64,000 bases of DNA from Octopus sinensis (Eukaryota), in contig NC_043001.1 in the NCBI RefSeq assembly GCF_006345805.1, forward strand, positions 22,258,001 through 22,322,000. Reading direction: 5' to 3'. The position numbers were made by a program, and so were the translations under genes. Positions 1 through 12,700 of the stretch are shown in pieces. Numbering within the stretch: the first letter of the stretch is position 1; the number at the start of each line of letters is the position of its first letter. The notes beneath the pieces were generated by a model. It saw only the letters and a list, made by a program, of their open reading frames with translations. It was not told the origin of the DNA and ran no database searches.

Positions 1-323
1 TCCGCTGATCTTCTACAAGTAGTTCAGATGAGCCATCAGTTGGTAATTCGGAGAACTGTATATCTCTTGTGAAAGTTAGGAGAGTCCAGTTTGCTGGACA
101 TTGTTGTAGAGCTGAAAAAGAAGTAATTTCTACTCTTCTCCTCTGGAAGCCATCTACTCGCAATACCAGAGGGCGCACACTCTCCTACCCTGATGTAATC
201 TCCAGGGATACAGGCATCCAGCAACAGGACCTCCGTAATGCTATGATGGACCGTGAAGTCTGGCGTAGCATGGTAAATTCCATTGTCTCGACCACGGTCG
301 AACAATGATGATGATGAATGATG
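1..323 (+). mobile_element. 3' end of an RTE-clade LINE
   Basis: RRVQFAGHCCR..LLWKP...RGRTLSYPDVISRDTG...MMDREVWR is the RTE C-terminal motif; the stop is followed directly by a (TGA)n tail. Confidence 0.8.
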
Positions 324-937
324 TATATCTCACGACGTCCCAGAGAGGGAGGGATTTCTAATCTTAGAGCTAGTCTCGCTGTCCTTTCTGTGTTTTTCCT
401 GCTGTCTCTGCTGGTTTGCCATCATTCTCCAGTTTTTATTTCCTTTCCATCGTCGCAAGGCAATGGAGTGGTTACCACATGGAGAGGGTCTCCAGATTTC
501 CTATTCGTAGATTCTTGACACTCAGGACAACGCCATTTACCCTGCTGCCTTCAAAGCTATGATCAATGACCTCTTGAAAACCGAAGTTTTAGAGGCTTCC
601 TGGCTCTGCAATCGTCCTCTGTTTTATTCGTTACCCTTCTTTTCCAGCTACTCCGAGTAGAAAACACTCACGAAGCTCTTACTGCCAGATGTATAGTAAC
701 CAGGCTTTCTACCTTGAACCATCAGTCTAATTACTTTCTCGTCAAACCCCACAACGAGATACAGCTCCAGAAGACTTTTGTGGTCTTCAAGGATCGTCTG
801 GATAACATGCTATGGCGCACATGGCGGAGACGTAACGCACTTTATTTGGGGTTTTTTTTATGGAAACCCGCGTTTTCGGCCAAGAAGATTCCGATTCTGA
901 AAATGAATTGGCAAAAATCGCAACTTCAAAAAACTTC

Positions 938-1031
938 AAGAAGAAGAAGAAGAAGAAGAAGAAGAAGAAGAAGAAGAAGAAAAGAAGAAGAAGAGAGGAA
1001 GAAGAAGAGAGAAGAAGAAGAAGAAGAAGAA

Positions 1032-1072
<41 letters not shown>

Positions 1073-1304
1073 GGAAGAAGAAGAGAAGAAGAAGAGGAGA
1101 AGAAGAAGAGAAGAAGAAGAAGAGAGGAAGAAGAAGAAGGAAGAAGAAGAAGAAGAAGAGAGGAAGAAGAAGAAGAGGAGAAGAAGAAGAAGAAAAGAGG
1201 AAGAAGAAGAGGAAGAAGAGGAAGAGGAAGAAGAGGAAGAAGAAGAAGAGGAAGAAGAAGAAGAAGAGGAAGAAGAAGAAGAGGAAGAAGAAGACGACGA
1301 CGAC
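938..1304. repeat. (GAA)n/(GAG)n pure-purine tract of 357 bp, then (GAC)4
   Basis: No pyrimidine seen on the + strand from 938 to 1294. Confidence 0.95.
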
Positions 1305-2165
1305 ATTTATTGCTGGATATTATTTACTGCGTTGTTCGCTTAAAAAAAGGAAAATACCGAAAATATTATCGCTGACTGGGAAGAGAAATCCGTGCTGTGT
1401 CTTGTAGAAGGCTAACTGTGGAACATCATGATTGTCTGAAATTGCTTCTTGCTCGAGGTGATCTGTCCGGATACCCGAAGTAGTCTGCCTTCTGTGAGTT
1501 CCCAATGTGGTTTGCCTGAGCTGGTCTGCGCGAATGTTAGAGGCCATCTGGCTGAGTTAGGGGCCAAACGATTTTTATAAGGTGAAAAGTAGGCGAATTT
1601 TAATTAGCCCAAGAAGCCGTATCACGCCGATAGGTCAATCACGTGAAACTGCGGCGGCTTATTAATGATCACGAACTGAAAATCTTGCGGTTAGGGTTCG
1701 AATCTCTACACTTGCTTTTTGTTCTCATAACGTGGTACAACTCCTGTATAGCTTTGTTGTCTTCAGGGGTCATCGGGACCTGGCTGCTCATGCAGACCCT
1801 CACACCCACCCAGTCAACCACATGTTACCACCGCGCTCACCAAGTAGCGTAATGAGAGCAAGGTGTGGGTGACGATCTGCCTGGGGGACGCTTTTATGGA
1901 GTAGGCCCATTTAGGTTTGATGTATAAGACTGTTTAGACTTGGGGGTCCGGCAAACCCAAGGGCTGCCCAGGGCGGCACACACTTTAGCTATATCACTGC
2001 GTTCACCACTGTACAAACACACAAAGAAACATATTTCTTTTCGTACTCGTAGGAGCTTGCTTACCAACCACATGGTTCCGGGTTCAGTCCCACTTCTACT
2101 ATGGTCTCGGGCCGACCAAGGCCTTGTGAGTGGATTTGGTTGACGGAAACTGAAAGAAGCCCGTA

Positions 2166-2269
<104 letters not shown>

Positions 2270-2907
2270 CGTTTGTGTGTCTGTGTCCCCTCCCCCCAAC
2301 ATCGCTTGACAACCGATGCTGGTGTGTTACGTTCCCGTAACTTAGTGGTTTGGCAAAAGAAGACCGATAGAATAAGTACTAGGCTTACAAGGAATAAGTC
2401 CTGGGGTCGATTTGCTCGACCAAAGGCGGTGCTCCAGCATGGCCACAGTCAAATGACTGAAACAAGTAAAAGAGCAAAAAAAACCCAACAGTCTTGCGTC
2501 CACATTTCTCTCTCCACATTAATGAAAATGCCTTACTATATCAATGCTGTTGACCTTACCATTTAGTTTTCGCGCGGAGCTATCCGTAGGGCTGCATACT
2601 AAATACACATACTGTAAGAACTCCCATATGGAATACAGCGAGTTGGAAAAACTGCGATTTACTGCAATTATCTCTGTAATTAGTAAAATAAAACTCTCTC
2701 TTTGAGTGTTTAAAATCGAAACGCAAGAGATGTCAGCTGGTCTAAATTTGGGAGAAATAAAGGTAGATGGGAGATGGTCTCGTAAAAGCAATGAACGTGT
2801 CTTACAGAACTGTATCCTGTTCTTTAAGTAACACGATAATTTGTCTCTTTTACTCGCGCAAGAAATTATTCGTGATGAAAACTCCACAAGTGTTCATTGT
2901 CAGTAAT

Positions 2908-3102
2908 GGTTGGCATCCTTTCTGTCTCGGGAGACGAGACAATGGAGTTGCGCATGAAGTAGTCTAGTCCGGCTTTTATATTTCATGTCCTGATACATTT
3001 CCTGCTGTGGCTGTGTAGTCCTATCCTGGACAAACACTCTCTCTGGCAGGTACCGCAAATGTAGCGAAGACTGTTCCTGGCTGGTTGTAGTGCCATAGTC
3101 TC
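2908..3102 (-). mobile_element. 5'-truncated RTE/BovB-like LINE 3' end
   Basis: Encodes YICGTCQRECLSRIGLHSHSRKC*; RTE-like 3' UTR (ccattgtc...gagacagaaaggatgcc); 11-bp TSD ttgtcagtaat at 2897-2907 and 3103-3113. Confidence 0.85.
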
Positions 3103-3282
3103 TTGTCAGTAATAGGGTGAGAAAATTATATACGAATGGACTTCCATACTTATCGCGCTTTTTAACTGTTTTGTAAATTCCGGAAGTTGTTTACAATCTG
3201 CTGTTATGGCTTCTGTTGTAACTCGACGACTTTGAATATCATTTCAGCTTATATCACTCCTTAATGTTACATTTCCAACATT

Positions 3283-3489
3283 ATGTATAATTTTAGAATG
3301 CATCAAACTCTTGTTATAGGCTTTTGTTTACGGCTTCAGCGACCGTTGAATTTCAAGCTGTTGCCAAATTATCGTTTCTGCTCCACCGGGCACGTGTGTC
3401 AAGTAAAGAAACCACAAAACACTAAAGGTTCTCATATACCTGTGATGCTAAACGAAATACTGACTATTTTGAATCCTAAAGAAGGTCAG
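3283..3489 (+). CDS. METTL15: METTL15 exon 1 (MYNFRM...[19 protein letters not shown])
   Basis: ATG at 3283; donor CAG|GTGAGA at 3490, phase 0. Confidence 0.9.
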
Positions 3490-3693
3490 GTGAGAATTTT
3501 ATTCATTTTACGTTACGAGGATCACACGGAAATTGAAATTAAGGAAATGAAGGTCAACCGTTGTTTGTGTTTTCCTTATTTTGACTGATTACACGGGAAA
3601 ACATAAGGGCGGTCTTGGAGTATAACGTACCACTTTCACTTCCACAAAAGTCGTTTTTGTTCAGTAATTTGTTAGCTTTAATTGTTATTTATA

Positions 3694-3734
<41 letters not shown>

Positions 3735-6700
3735 ATATTTGAACATGATGGTAGTCGCACATTTTAAAAGGCTATTTCTTTTCCATAAAATAAAGTATTC
3801 TGATTTGATTGCAATTTACTCATTTTAGTCTGCTACTAGTTGAGTTTCTATCAAACTTTTTCTTCTTATATGGCTACAATATTTTTTTTTCTTTTTGTAA
3901 ACACTTTCTATTGGAGCTTTATTGATATCATTCGTGAAAACTTAAAGGAAAGTTAAAGTTTGGAATATTGGAAACGGTAGATTTAAAATTATAGCATTGA
4001 ATTGTCGTTGTTTAACCCCTGGCCAACTCTAATCCTGTAGTCCTCTGATCAAATGCGTTCCAACTCTGACCTTCTCGCGTACATTTGTCTGTTAATACAT
4101 CTAATTTTGCTACAATACTCATTGGGATGCATATTTAATTAAGTTGGAGTTTTTTGAAAACAATGAAGAACGTAGGCATAGGAGTGGCTGTGTGGTAAAT
4201 AGCTTGCTTACCAATCACATGGTTCTGGGTTCAGTCCCACTGCGTGGCACCTTGGGCAAGTGTCTTCTACTATAGCCTCGGGCCAATCAAAGCCTTGTGA
4301 GTGGATTTGGTAGACGGAAACTGAAAGAAGCCTGTCATATGCATGTGTTTGTGCCCCCAACATCACTTGTCAACCGATGCTGGTGTGTTTACGTCCCTGT
4401 CACTTAGCAGTTCGGCAAGAGAGACCGATAGAATAAGTCCTGGGGTCGATTTGCTCGACTAAAAGGCGGTGCTCCAGCGTGGCCGCAGTCAAGTGACTGA
4501 AACAAGTAAAGAGTAAGCAGATGCATTGACTTTTACAAAATTAAAATTATACTCCTTTTGGATTACCATAAAAATTGTCAAACAATATTGATTATAGAGG
4601 TTAATAAACCATGATTTAAAACCATAAACCATGTAGTACACAACATGAGAAAACCATCAAACTTCATAGGTATTTGTTTACATACCAAGAAGAAATGTTT
4701 ACCAGGATGTCAGCAGAATTGACACATAATGTTATGTGAAGATAATTTGATCGGTGCTATCAAATATTTGTATTATTGTATTGACACAAGCATGGCTGTG
4801 TGGTTAAGAAGTTTGCTTCCCAACCACATAGTTTTGGGTTCAATCCTACTGTATGGCACCTGGGCCACCCAAGGCCAACCAAAAACTGAAAAAAGCCTGT
4901 TGTGTGTGTGTGTGTCCTTCCCATCACAAAGTAGTTGTGAGTGTCATACAAGAGTGTCATACATACACTGCTTGTATGTTTCCAGTCTTCTGTGGAAACA
5001 TAATCTAGGCGTAGGAGTGGCTGTGTGGTAAGTAGCTTGCTTACCAACCACATGGTTCCGGGTTTAGTCCCACTGTGTGGCACCTTGGGCAAGTGTCTTC
5101 TACTATAGCCTCGGGCCAACCAAAGCCTTGTCAGTGGATTTGGTAGACGGAAACTGAAAGAAGCCCGTCATATATATGTATATATATGTATGTATGTGTG
5201 TATATGTTTGTGTGTCTGTGTTTGTCCCCCCCAACATCGCTTGACAACCGATGCTGGTGTGTTTACGTCCCTGTGACTTAGCGGTTTGGCAAAAGAGACC
5301 AATAGAATAAGTACTAGGCTTACAAAGAATAAGTCCTGGGGTTGATTTGCTCGACTAAAGGCGGTGCTCCAGCATGGCCGCAGTCAAATGACTGAAACAA
5401 GTAAAAGAGTAGCCATGGAGAATTATTATTTTGCTTGGCAACTTGAAGGTCACCCAGACATAGAAAATCTGTCTCAACAAATTCCATCTGACCCATGCAG
5501 ACATGGTAAGGTAGATTTTAAACCAAGGAGGAGGAAGATGTTTGTCCTATCTTGTTACTGCTTTTTCTATTCATGTCAATTCATACTTTACTCTTCCTTT
5601 AATAAAATCTCTTCTTTTTCCCAATGATTGTGCAGTACTTGCTGCTTGCTTTCTTGTGTTTTTCTATAATTCTTAAATTTGCTTTTACTTTGTTCTAGGT
5701 GATTCTTGACATGACCTTTGGTTCTGGAGGCCACAGTCGAGAGATTCTACGAACAGCACCCCAATTGAAACAATTGATAGTTTTAGATCGCGATCCCTTG
5801 GCACATGAAATTGCTTTGGACTTTGCAGACGAATTTCGGTGAGAGATTTTCTTTATTTTTCTTTTATTTGTTTTGGTCATTTGACTGCGGCCATGCTGGA
5901 GCACCGCCTTTAGTCAAGCAAATCGACCCCAGGATTTATTCTTTGTAAGTCTAGTACTTATTCTATCAGCTGCTTTTACCAAACCGCTAAGTTAGGGGAC
6001 GTAAACACACCAGCATCGGTAGTCAAGTGATGGTGGGCGGACAAACAGACACACACACACACATATATATACAGCAGGCTTCTTTCAGTTTCCATCTACC
6101 AAATCCATATATATATATATATTCATTTGTTTTTAAGATCATTTTTCCATGCATTAATTTTTTGAGATATTGTTTTGGAGTCTGATAACCCTTCCTGATG
6201 CTTATCCTCACCTGTTTTTCAAGTAAGGGTTCTTTTATTCTTTACATCTATAAGAATGCAAAGTCAACAGGTGATTTATTGACAAGGTGAACAACAACAG
6301 TATAACAACTTGCAGCTCAATGATTTTTGGAGAGATGCAAATGTAAGCAAACACACACACACACAATAGACTTCTTAGTTTTCATTTACTAAATCAACTC
6401 ACAAGGCTTTGATCATCCTGGAACTGTAGTAGAAAACACTTGTCCAAGGTGCCACCCACAGTGAAACTGAACCCAAAACATGATTAGGAAGCAAACTTCT
6501 TAATCACAGAGCCACGCCTGGAATTATCTACATAAATTCTTCTTACCCTACTTTTTTCTTCCAAAAAAAACCTATCATCATTGTTATAATGTCCTTTAAC
6601 CCTTTTGTTATCATATTTCTGTTGAATATATTTGTTTTAATTAATATTAAAAAGAATGAAGAAATTAGTAAAAATAACTTTATTATTATTAAGCTGATGC

Positions 6701-9700
6701 TTGAAACAATAATATGAAAAGCTTAAATTTAGATGACTTTCAAACAGAAAGTGTAAATGAAGAATTAATTACCCTATTTGTTCCACATCATTTCCTTTAC
6801 ATTTTCTCGCTCACAACATCATAAGCGGAAAGTGTAACCTCTCGAAAGAGCTGTTCTTCACTCCTGCTTCAGAGCGTCGGCTGCGGGGTCATTCCGAAAA
6901 GCTCTACCTGCGACGATTTCATCTCAATCGGAGGAGAGGAGCTTTCTCCGTCCGGGTTGCGGATCCGTGGAACAAGCTGCCAGACGAGATGGTGAAGATG
7001 CCGACGACCGCTTTGTTCAAAGTCTCCCTTGACCTCAAGTGGCCTGAACTCTTTACATGAACACCACCCTGTACTTAACTCCATGTCCCCCTACATGGCC
7101 TTGCTATTTGCTTTTGAGCCAAATTAACTAACATTTTCTGTCTTTCCAGTCACTGTAAGATACTCCCTTTGTTAGGAACATTCGAAGATCTGCCACATCT
7201 GCTGCAACAACACCAAGTGCCAACAAACTCCATCCACAGTGTTCTTCTTGATGCAGGAGCCTCATCTATGCAATACAGTGCTGCAAATCGAGGCTTTTCT
7301 CTCAGTCTCAATGGCAATTTGGATATGAGAATGAATGAATTAAGGTTTGGATTAACTTAGCTTATATTTTGATGTGTTTCTTCTTTCCAAACATTTATAT
7401 TCTTGAAACTATTTTGGATCATCATCATCGTTTAACGTCTGCTTTCCATGCTAGCATGGGTTGGACAATTTGACTGAGGACTGGCAAACCAGATGGCTGC
7501 ACCAGGCTCTAATCTTCATCTGACAGAGTTTCTACAGCTGGATGCCCTTCCTAATACCAACCACTCCGAGAGTGTAGTGGGTGCTTTTTACGTGCCAGTC
7601 AGGTGGTACTGGCAATGACCTCGCTTGAATCTTTTTACACATGCCACCGGCACAGGTGCCAGTGAAGCGACGTTGGTAACGATCACACTTGAATGGTGCC
7701 CTTTTACGTGTCACTGGCACGGAAGCCAGTTGGCTGCTCTGGCAACGATCACGTTCGGATGGTGCTCTTGGCACCCTACTAGCCCAGGCACAAGTGCCAG
7801 TAAGGCGACGCTGGTAACGATCATACTTGAATGGTGCCCTTTTATGTGCCACTGGCACGGAAGCCGGTTAGCCGCTCTGGCAACGATTTGGATATTTTCT
7901 AAGATTAGTTTATTTAATTTCCATAGGCAGTAGCATGGCTGTGCGATTAAGAAGCTTGCTTTGTTACCACATGGTTTCAAGTTCAGTCCCTCTGCATGGC
8001 ACCTTGGCAAGTGTTCTCTATTGCAGCTCCAGACTGACCTGTGCCATGTAAGTGAATTTGGTAGAAGAAAACTCTGTGTTGTGTGTTTATCTTCCCTAGC
8101 ACTTGTTGTTGTGTCCCATAAATTAGTGGTGTTATGTCCTGTAACTTAGTGGTTTGGCAAAAAAGACTAATAGAATAAGCACTAGTCTTAAAAAATATGT
8201 ACAGGGGTCAATTTGTTCAGTTAAAGTCTTGAAGATAGTGCCCCAGTATGGCCACAGTTTAATAACTGAATCCAGTAAAAGATAAAAGAAGATACTACTT
8301 AAGCTGTTGAAGACAAATTTAGGCAGTAATGGTTACCATTTCTGTATCATTAATTTCTTAACATTGTGCTTCATTGTTAATTTTTGACATATCTGAGAAT
8401 AAGAAAATGGTCCAAAACAACCTGAAATGTTCATTTATGAAAAATCATCAAATTTAACCTAAACACCCTGTATATCAGGAAGGGAAAGAGAGAATGCAGC
8501 AAGGTGTAGGGACGTTACAGAAAGGATAGACTCATTTATAACCATCACATGATGTCTAGACAAGAGTAAACACAAACACATGCATATTTATATACATACA
8601 TGATATATGCATGCATGCATGCATGTATGACAGGCTTGTTTCAGTTTCCATTTACTTAACCCTTTTGTTACCAACCTGGTTGAAACCGGCTCTGGCTCTG
8701 AGTACAAATGTCTTGTTTTCATAAGTTCTGAATTAAAATCTTCCATCAAACCTTAGTCACAATTTATGTTCCTAACACTAGCTGAATGGTAACCAAGTTA
8801 TTTTACTAAATTTTTTGTTATATTTAAAGTAATTGAAAGAAACACAGAGCATCTCAAAATAAATACAGTAATGAAAGGGTTAAAGCAAGTAGCAACATCA
8901 AAGTGGCAGATGCATGTTACTACTAGTTTAACCCCAGTAATAACATTCATTTGCCACTCTGAAGTGGCTACTCGCTTTACTGGTTAGTATATGTTACTAG
9001 TCTATCTCTTCTTGAGATTTTGTAACTAGCCAGTCCTCAGTCAAAATCGTCCAACCCATGCCAGCATGGAAAGCGGACGTTAAACGATGATGATGAGGCA
9101 CAAACACACACACACAAATATATACAGAGTGGGCCAAAAGTCACGCACCAAAACATTTGACATTTTATATATGTTATGTTATTATTATTCATTTTGTTCA
9201 TCATGTATAAATACATGTGCATGCATCGTTATTTTATTTATTTTATTCAATTTTAGTAAAATTGAAGCATGTCTTTTACAATTCTGGAGTGTGTTGAACT
9301 TATTTTGTGCATGACTTTTAGGCCACCCTGTAATTTCTACAACAGACTTCACCTTATTCGCCTAAATCCTTTCACAAGGCTTTTGGTTAGTCCAGGGCTG
9401 TAGTAGAAGTCACTTTCCTAAGGTGCCACACAGTGGGACCAAACCCCCAAACCTAATGGTTGGGAAACAAACTTCTCAACCACACAACCATACCCATACC
9501 TTAATACTTAAGAAAAATAACTTCTTCTGTAAACTGACTTCAGGGAAGATTTGTGACATGGTTGTATTATTAATGCATCATCAGGAGTGGCTGTATGGTA
9601 AGTAGCTTGCTTACCAGCCACATGGTTCTGGGTTCGTTCCCACTGCGTGGCACCTTGGGCAAGTGTCTTCTTCTATAGCCTCAGGTCGACCAAAGCCTTG

Positions 9701-9742
9701 TGAGTGGATTTGGTAGACAGAAACTGAAGGAAGCCCATCATA

Positions 9743-9798
<56 letters not shown>

Positions 9799-12700
9799 CA
9801 TATATATATATGTATGTATTTGTGTGTCTGTGTTTGTACCCCCAATATCGCTTGACAACCGATACTGATGTGTTTACGTCCCCGTAACTTAGCAGTTCGG
9901 CAAAAGAGACCGATCAAATAAGTACTAGGCTTACAAAGAATAAGTCCTGGGATCAATTTGCTCAACTAAAAGGTGGTGCTCCAGCATGGCCGCAGTCAAA
10001 TGAATGAAACAAGTAAAAGAGTAAGAGTATCTAACATTTGCATTCTATGCTGGCATGAGTTGGACAATTAGAGAGGATCTGGTTACCCTGAGGGCTGTGT
10101 TGGTCTCCAGTGTCTACTTTGACAAGTTTTCTACAGCTGGATACACTTCCTAATGCCAGTTACTTTACAGAGAGCACTGGGAGATTTTTTTTTCATAGCA
10201 TAACATCATATTTTATTGCTCTACTTTGTTGTATTTTAAAACAAATATATTAAAATATTTTCCTAGGGAAGCTGACCAGCCTACTGCTGCTGATGTGGTA
10301 AACACCTTGGATGAAAAAAGTTTGCAGGAACTTATCAAGAAATATGGAGAGGAGAAGAAAGCTCACGATATAGCTCATGCTATTGTACAGTTTCGGGCTG
10401 CATTTGGGAAAATTGTAACTACACATCAGTTGGTAGCCATCGTAGCAAGTGTATTTGACAGGTAAATGTGTCTAAATCATTTGTCATTATATTTAATTCT
10501 TTTAAGGCCGTCAGTTGGCAGAATCGTTAGCATGCCAGGCGCAATGCTTAGCAGTATTTCGTCTGACATCATGTTCTGAGTTCAAATTCCACCTGGGTTG
10601 ACTTTGCCTTTCATTCTTTCAGGGTTGATAAATTAAGTACCAGTTGCATACTGGAGGTCAATCTAATTGACTTGCCCCCTGCCCCCTTCCCTTCATTGGA
10701 CACTGCTTGCGAAGACCTGTTGAGGCAAGTGAAATCGAAATCAAATTCGATGACTGGCATCCATGCTATTGGAGCACTAAGAGTACCATACGAGCGTGAT
10801 CGTTGCCAGAGCAGCTAACTTTTTTCTGCCCTTTTCAAGCCTAGCCAGGCTCATGGGCCCAGTTTCCCGGTTTCTGTGGCATATGTGTTCCCCCCAGCTG
10901 GATAGGTCGCCAGTCCATCGCAGCATTACTCAAGAAACAGGAAGAGAGAGTGAGACAAAGTTGTGGCAAAAGAGTACAACAGGGGTTGCCATCACCCCCT
11001 GCCGGAGCCTCGTGGAACTTTAGGTGTTTACTCTCAATAAACATACACAACGCCCGGTCTGGGAATCGAAACCACAATCCTCCAGCCACAAGTCCGCTGC
11101 CCTAACCATTGGGCCATTGTGCCTCCACCTTCAAAAGAAGTACTAAACTTTTATATCCTTCTATGCATTGGATATACAGATTTCACAAATCAGGGACAGA
11201 CACAACTGTCTTCACACAACGTACTTCAAATTACTCCACTAAACATGATACTCCAATAAATACAAACTCTCAACAATCTCAACAACTTCCATGAACTCTC
11301 AATGACTCTTACGACTTCTCCGATTTCAACCAGTACGCTACTCTTTTTAAGAGTTTGGCAAGTCCATTCTTCCAATCCCACGGGGTTGACAATAACTCTC
11401 ACCACATCATAAGCCCATTATGGTAGTGCTCCAGCATTGCCATAGTTAACTGTTCTGTCCAACTACAACAATCAACAACTGTAACAAAGTATGCTTTACT
11501 ACAATAAAGGGCTGACCGGCTCTTCTAATGTCAGAACACTGTAATTAATTATCATTGCACAGTCTTAATTAAATCAACGATCAGGTCCAATTACAAGTGG
11601 GGAGCATTTGTTAAAATATTAATTACCTAATGAGATCCATTTACTTTCTATTAAGAATTAATTTATGTGAGGAATGTGATATTTAGATTGAATAATCCTT
11701 TGGGCCTTGTTGGTGCTGACCACTAACAAAGTTGATGGAATTTTTTTTTTTGTTTGAGGGAAAACATTGTAGTTTGTTAAGGATTTCTTTTGATCAGAAG
11801 TGTGAAGATGAATATCAGAAATTTTGAACTTCTGACACTAACCTTTGAAAAGTTGTAAGGTAATGTGTGGCCAGTGCTAGATTAACCATTAAGCAAAATA
11901 AGCACATGCTTAGGGCTTCAAGGGAAACAGGGGCACCACAGAAATGGTAAATGGTTTATGGCACAAAAGAAATCACTTTAAACTTGCTAAAATGATATTC
12001 ATGTTGCTTTATCTCTACTAAATACAGAAGCAGATATGCTATGTAAAATTAATTCCAAGGGTCTTACAATTAAGAAAAAAGGTGGAGAAAACTTTTCAAA
12101 TATAAATAAAAGTGGAAGGATACAAAAATAGACATTATTTTATTTTATGGTTTATCATTGTTTATATTTTGAATTACATATATATGGAGACACCAAAATT
12201 TTTTTAGTACTTAAGGCCTTTCTGGGTCTTAATTTGGCACTGTGTGTGTGTGGCAGAAATATTTAAAGGAAAATGATGTTCTTAACCACTACATCGTCAT
12301 TGTTGTCGTTTAACATCCATTTTTCGTGCTACCATGGGTTGGACGGTTCAACCGGGGTCTGGGAAGCCAGGAGGCTGCTCCAGTCTGATTTGGCAGTGTT
12401 TCTACAGCTGGATGCCCTTCCTAACGCCAACCACTCCAAGAGTGTAGTGGGTGCTTTTTACGTGCCACTGGCACAGAAGCCAGTGAAGGCGGTGCTGGCA
12501 TCGGCCACGTTCAGTTGGTGCTTTTTATGTGCCACCAGCACAGATACAATTCTGAAAATACTGAACTGTGTGAAATGTTCTTAATGCATTTTTGTTGCGG
12601 ATAAACAAAGTGTCATAAATGATAAGATAAGCTTCATATGCAACATTCACACTGGAACAATATGTACATAGGCATAGGAGTGGTTGTGTGGTAAGCAGCT

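Noticed and set aside
324-930. Coding-looking, CpG-containing sequence with AG/GT sites
   Set aside because: No frame gave a recognisable domain or a consistent exon chain; left uncalled.
714-1375. Long R/E/K- and S-rich ORFs
   Set aside because: They are translations of the GAA tract.
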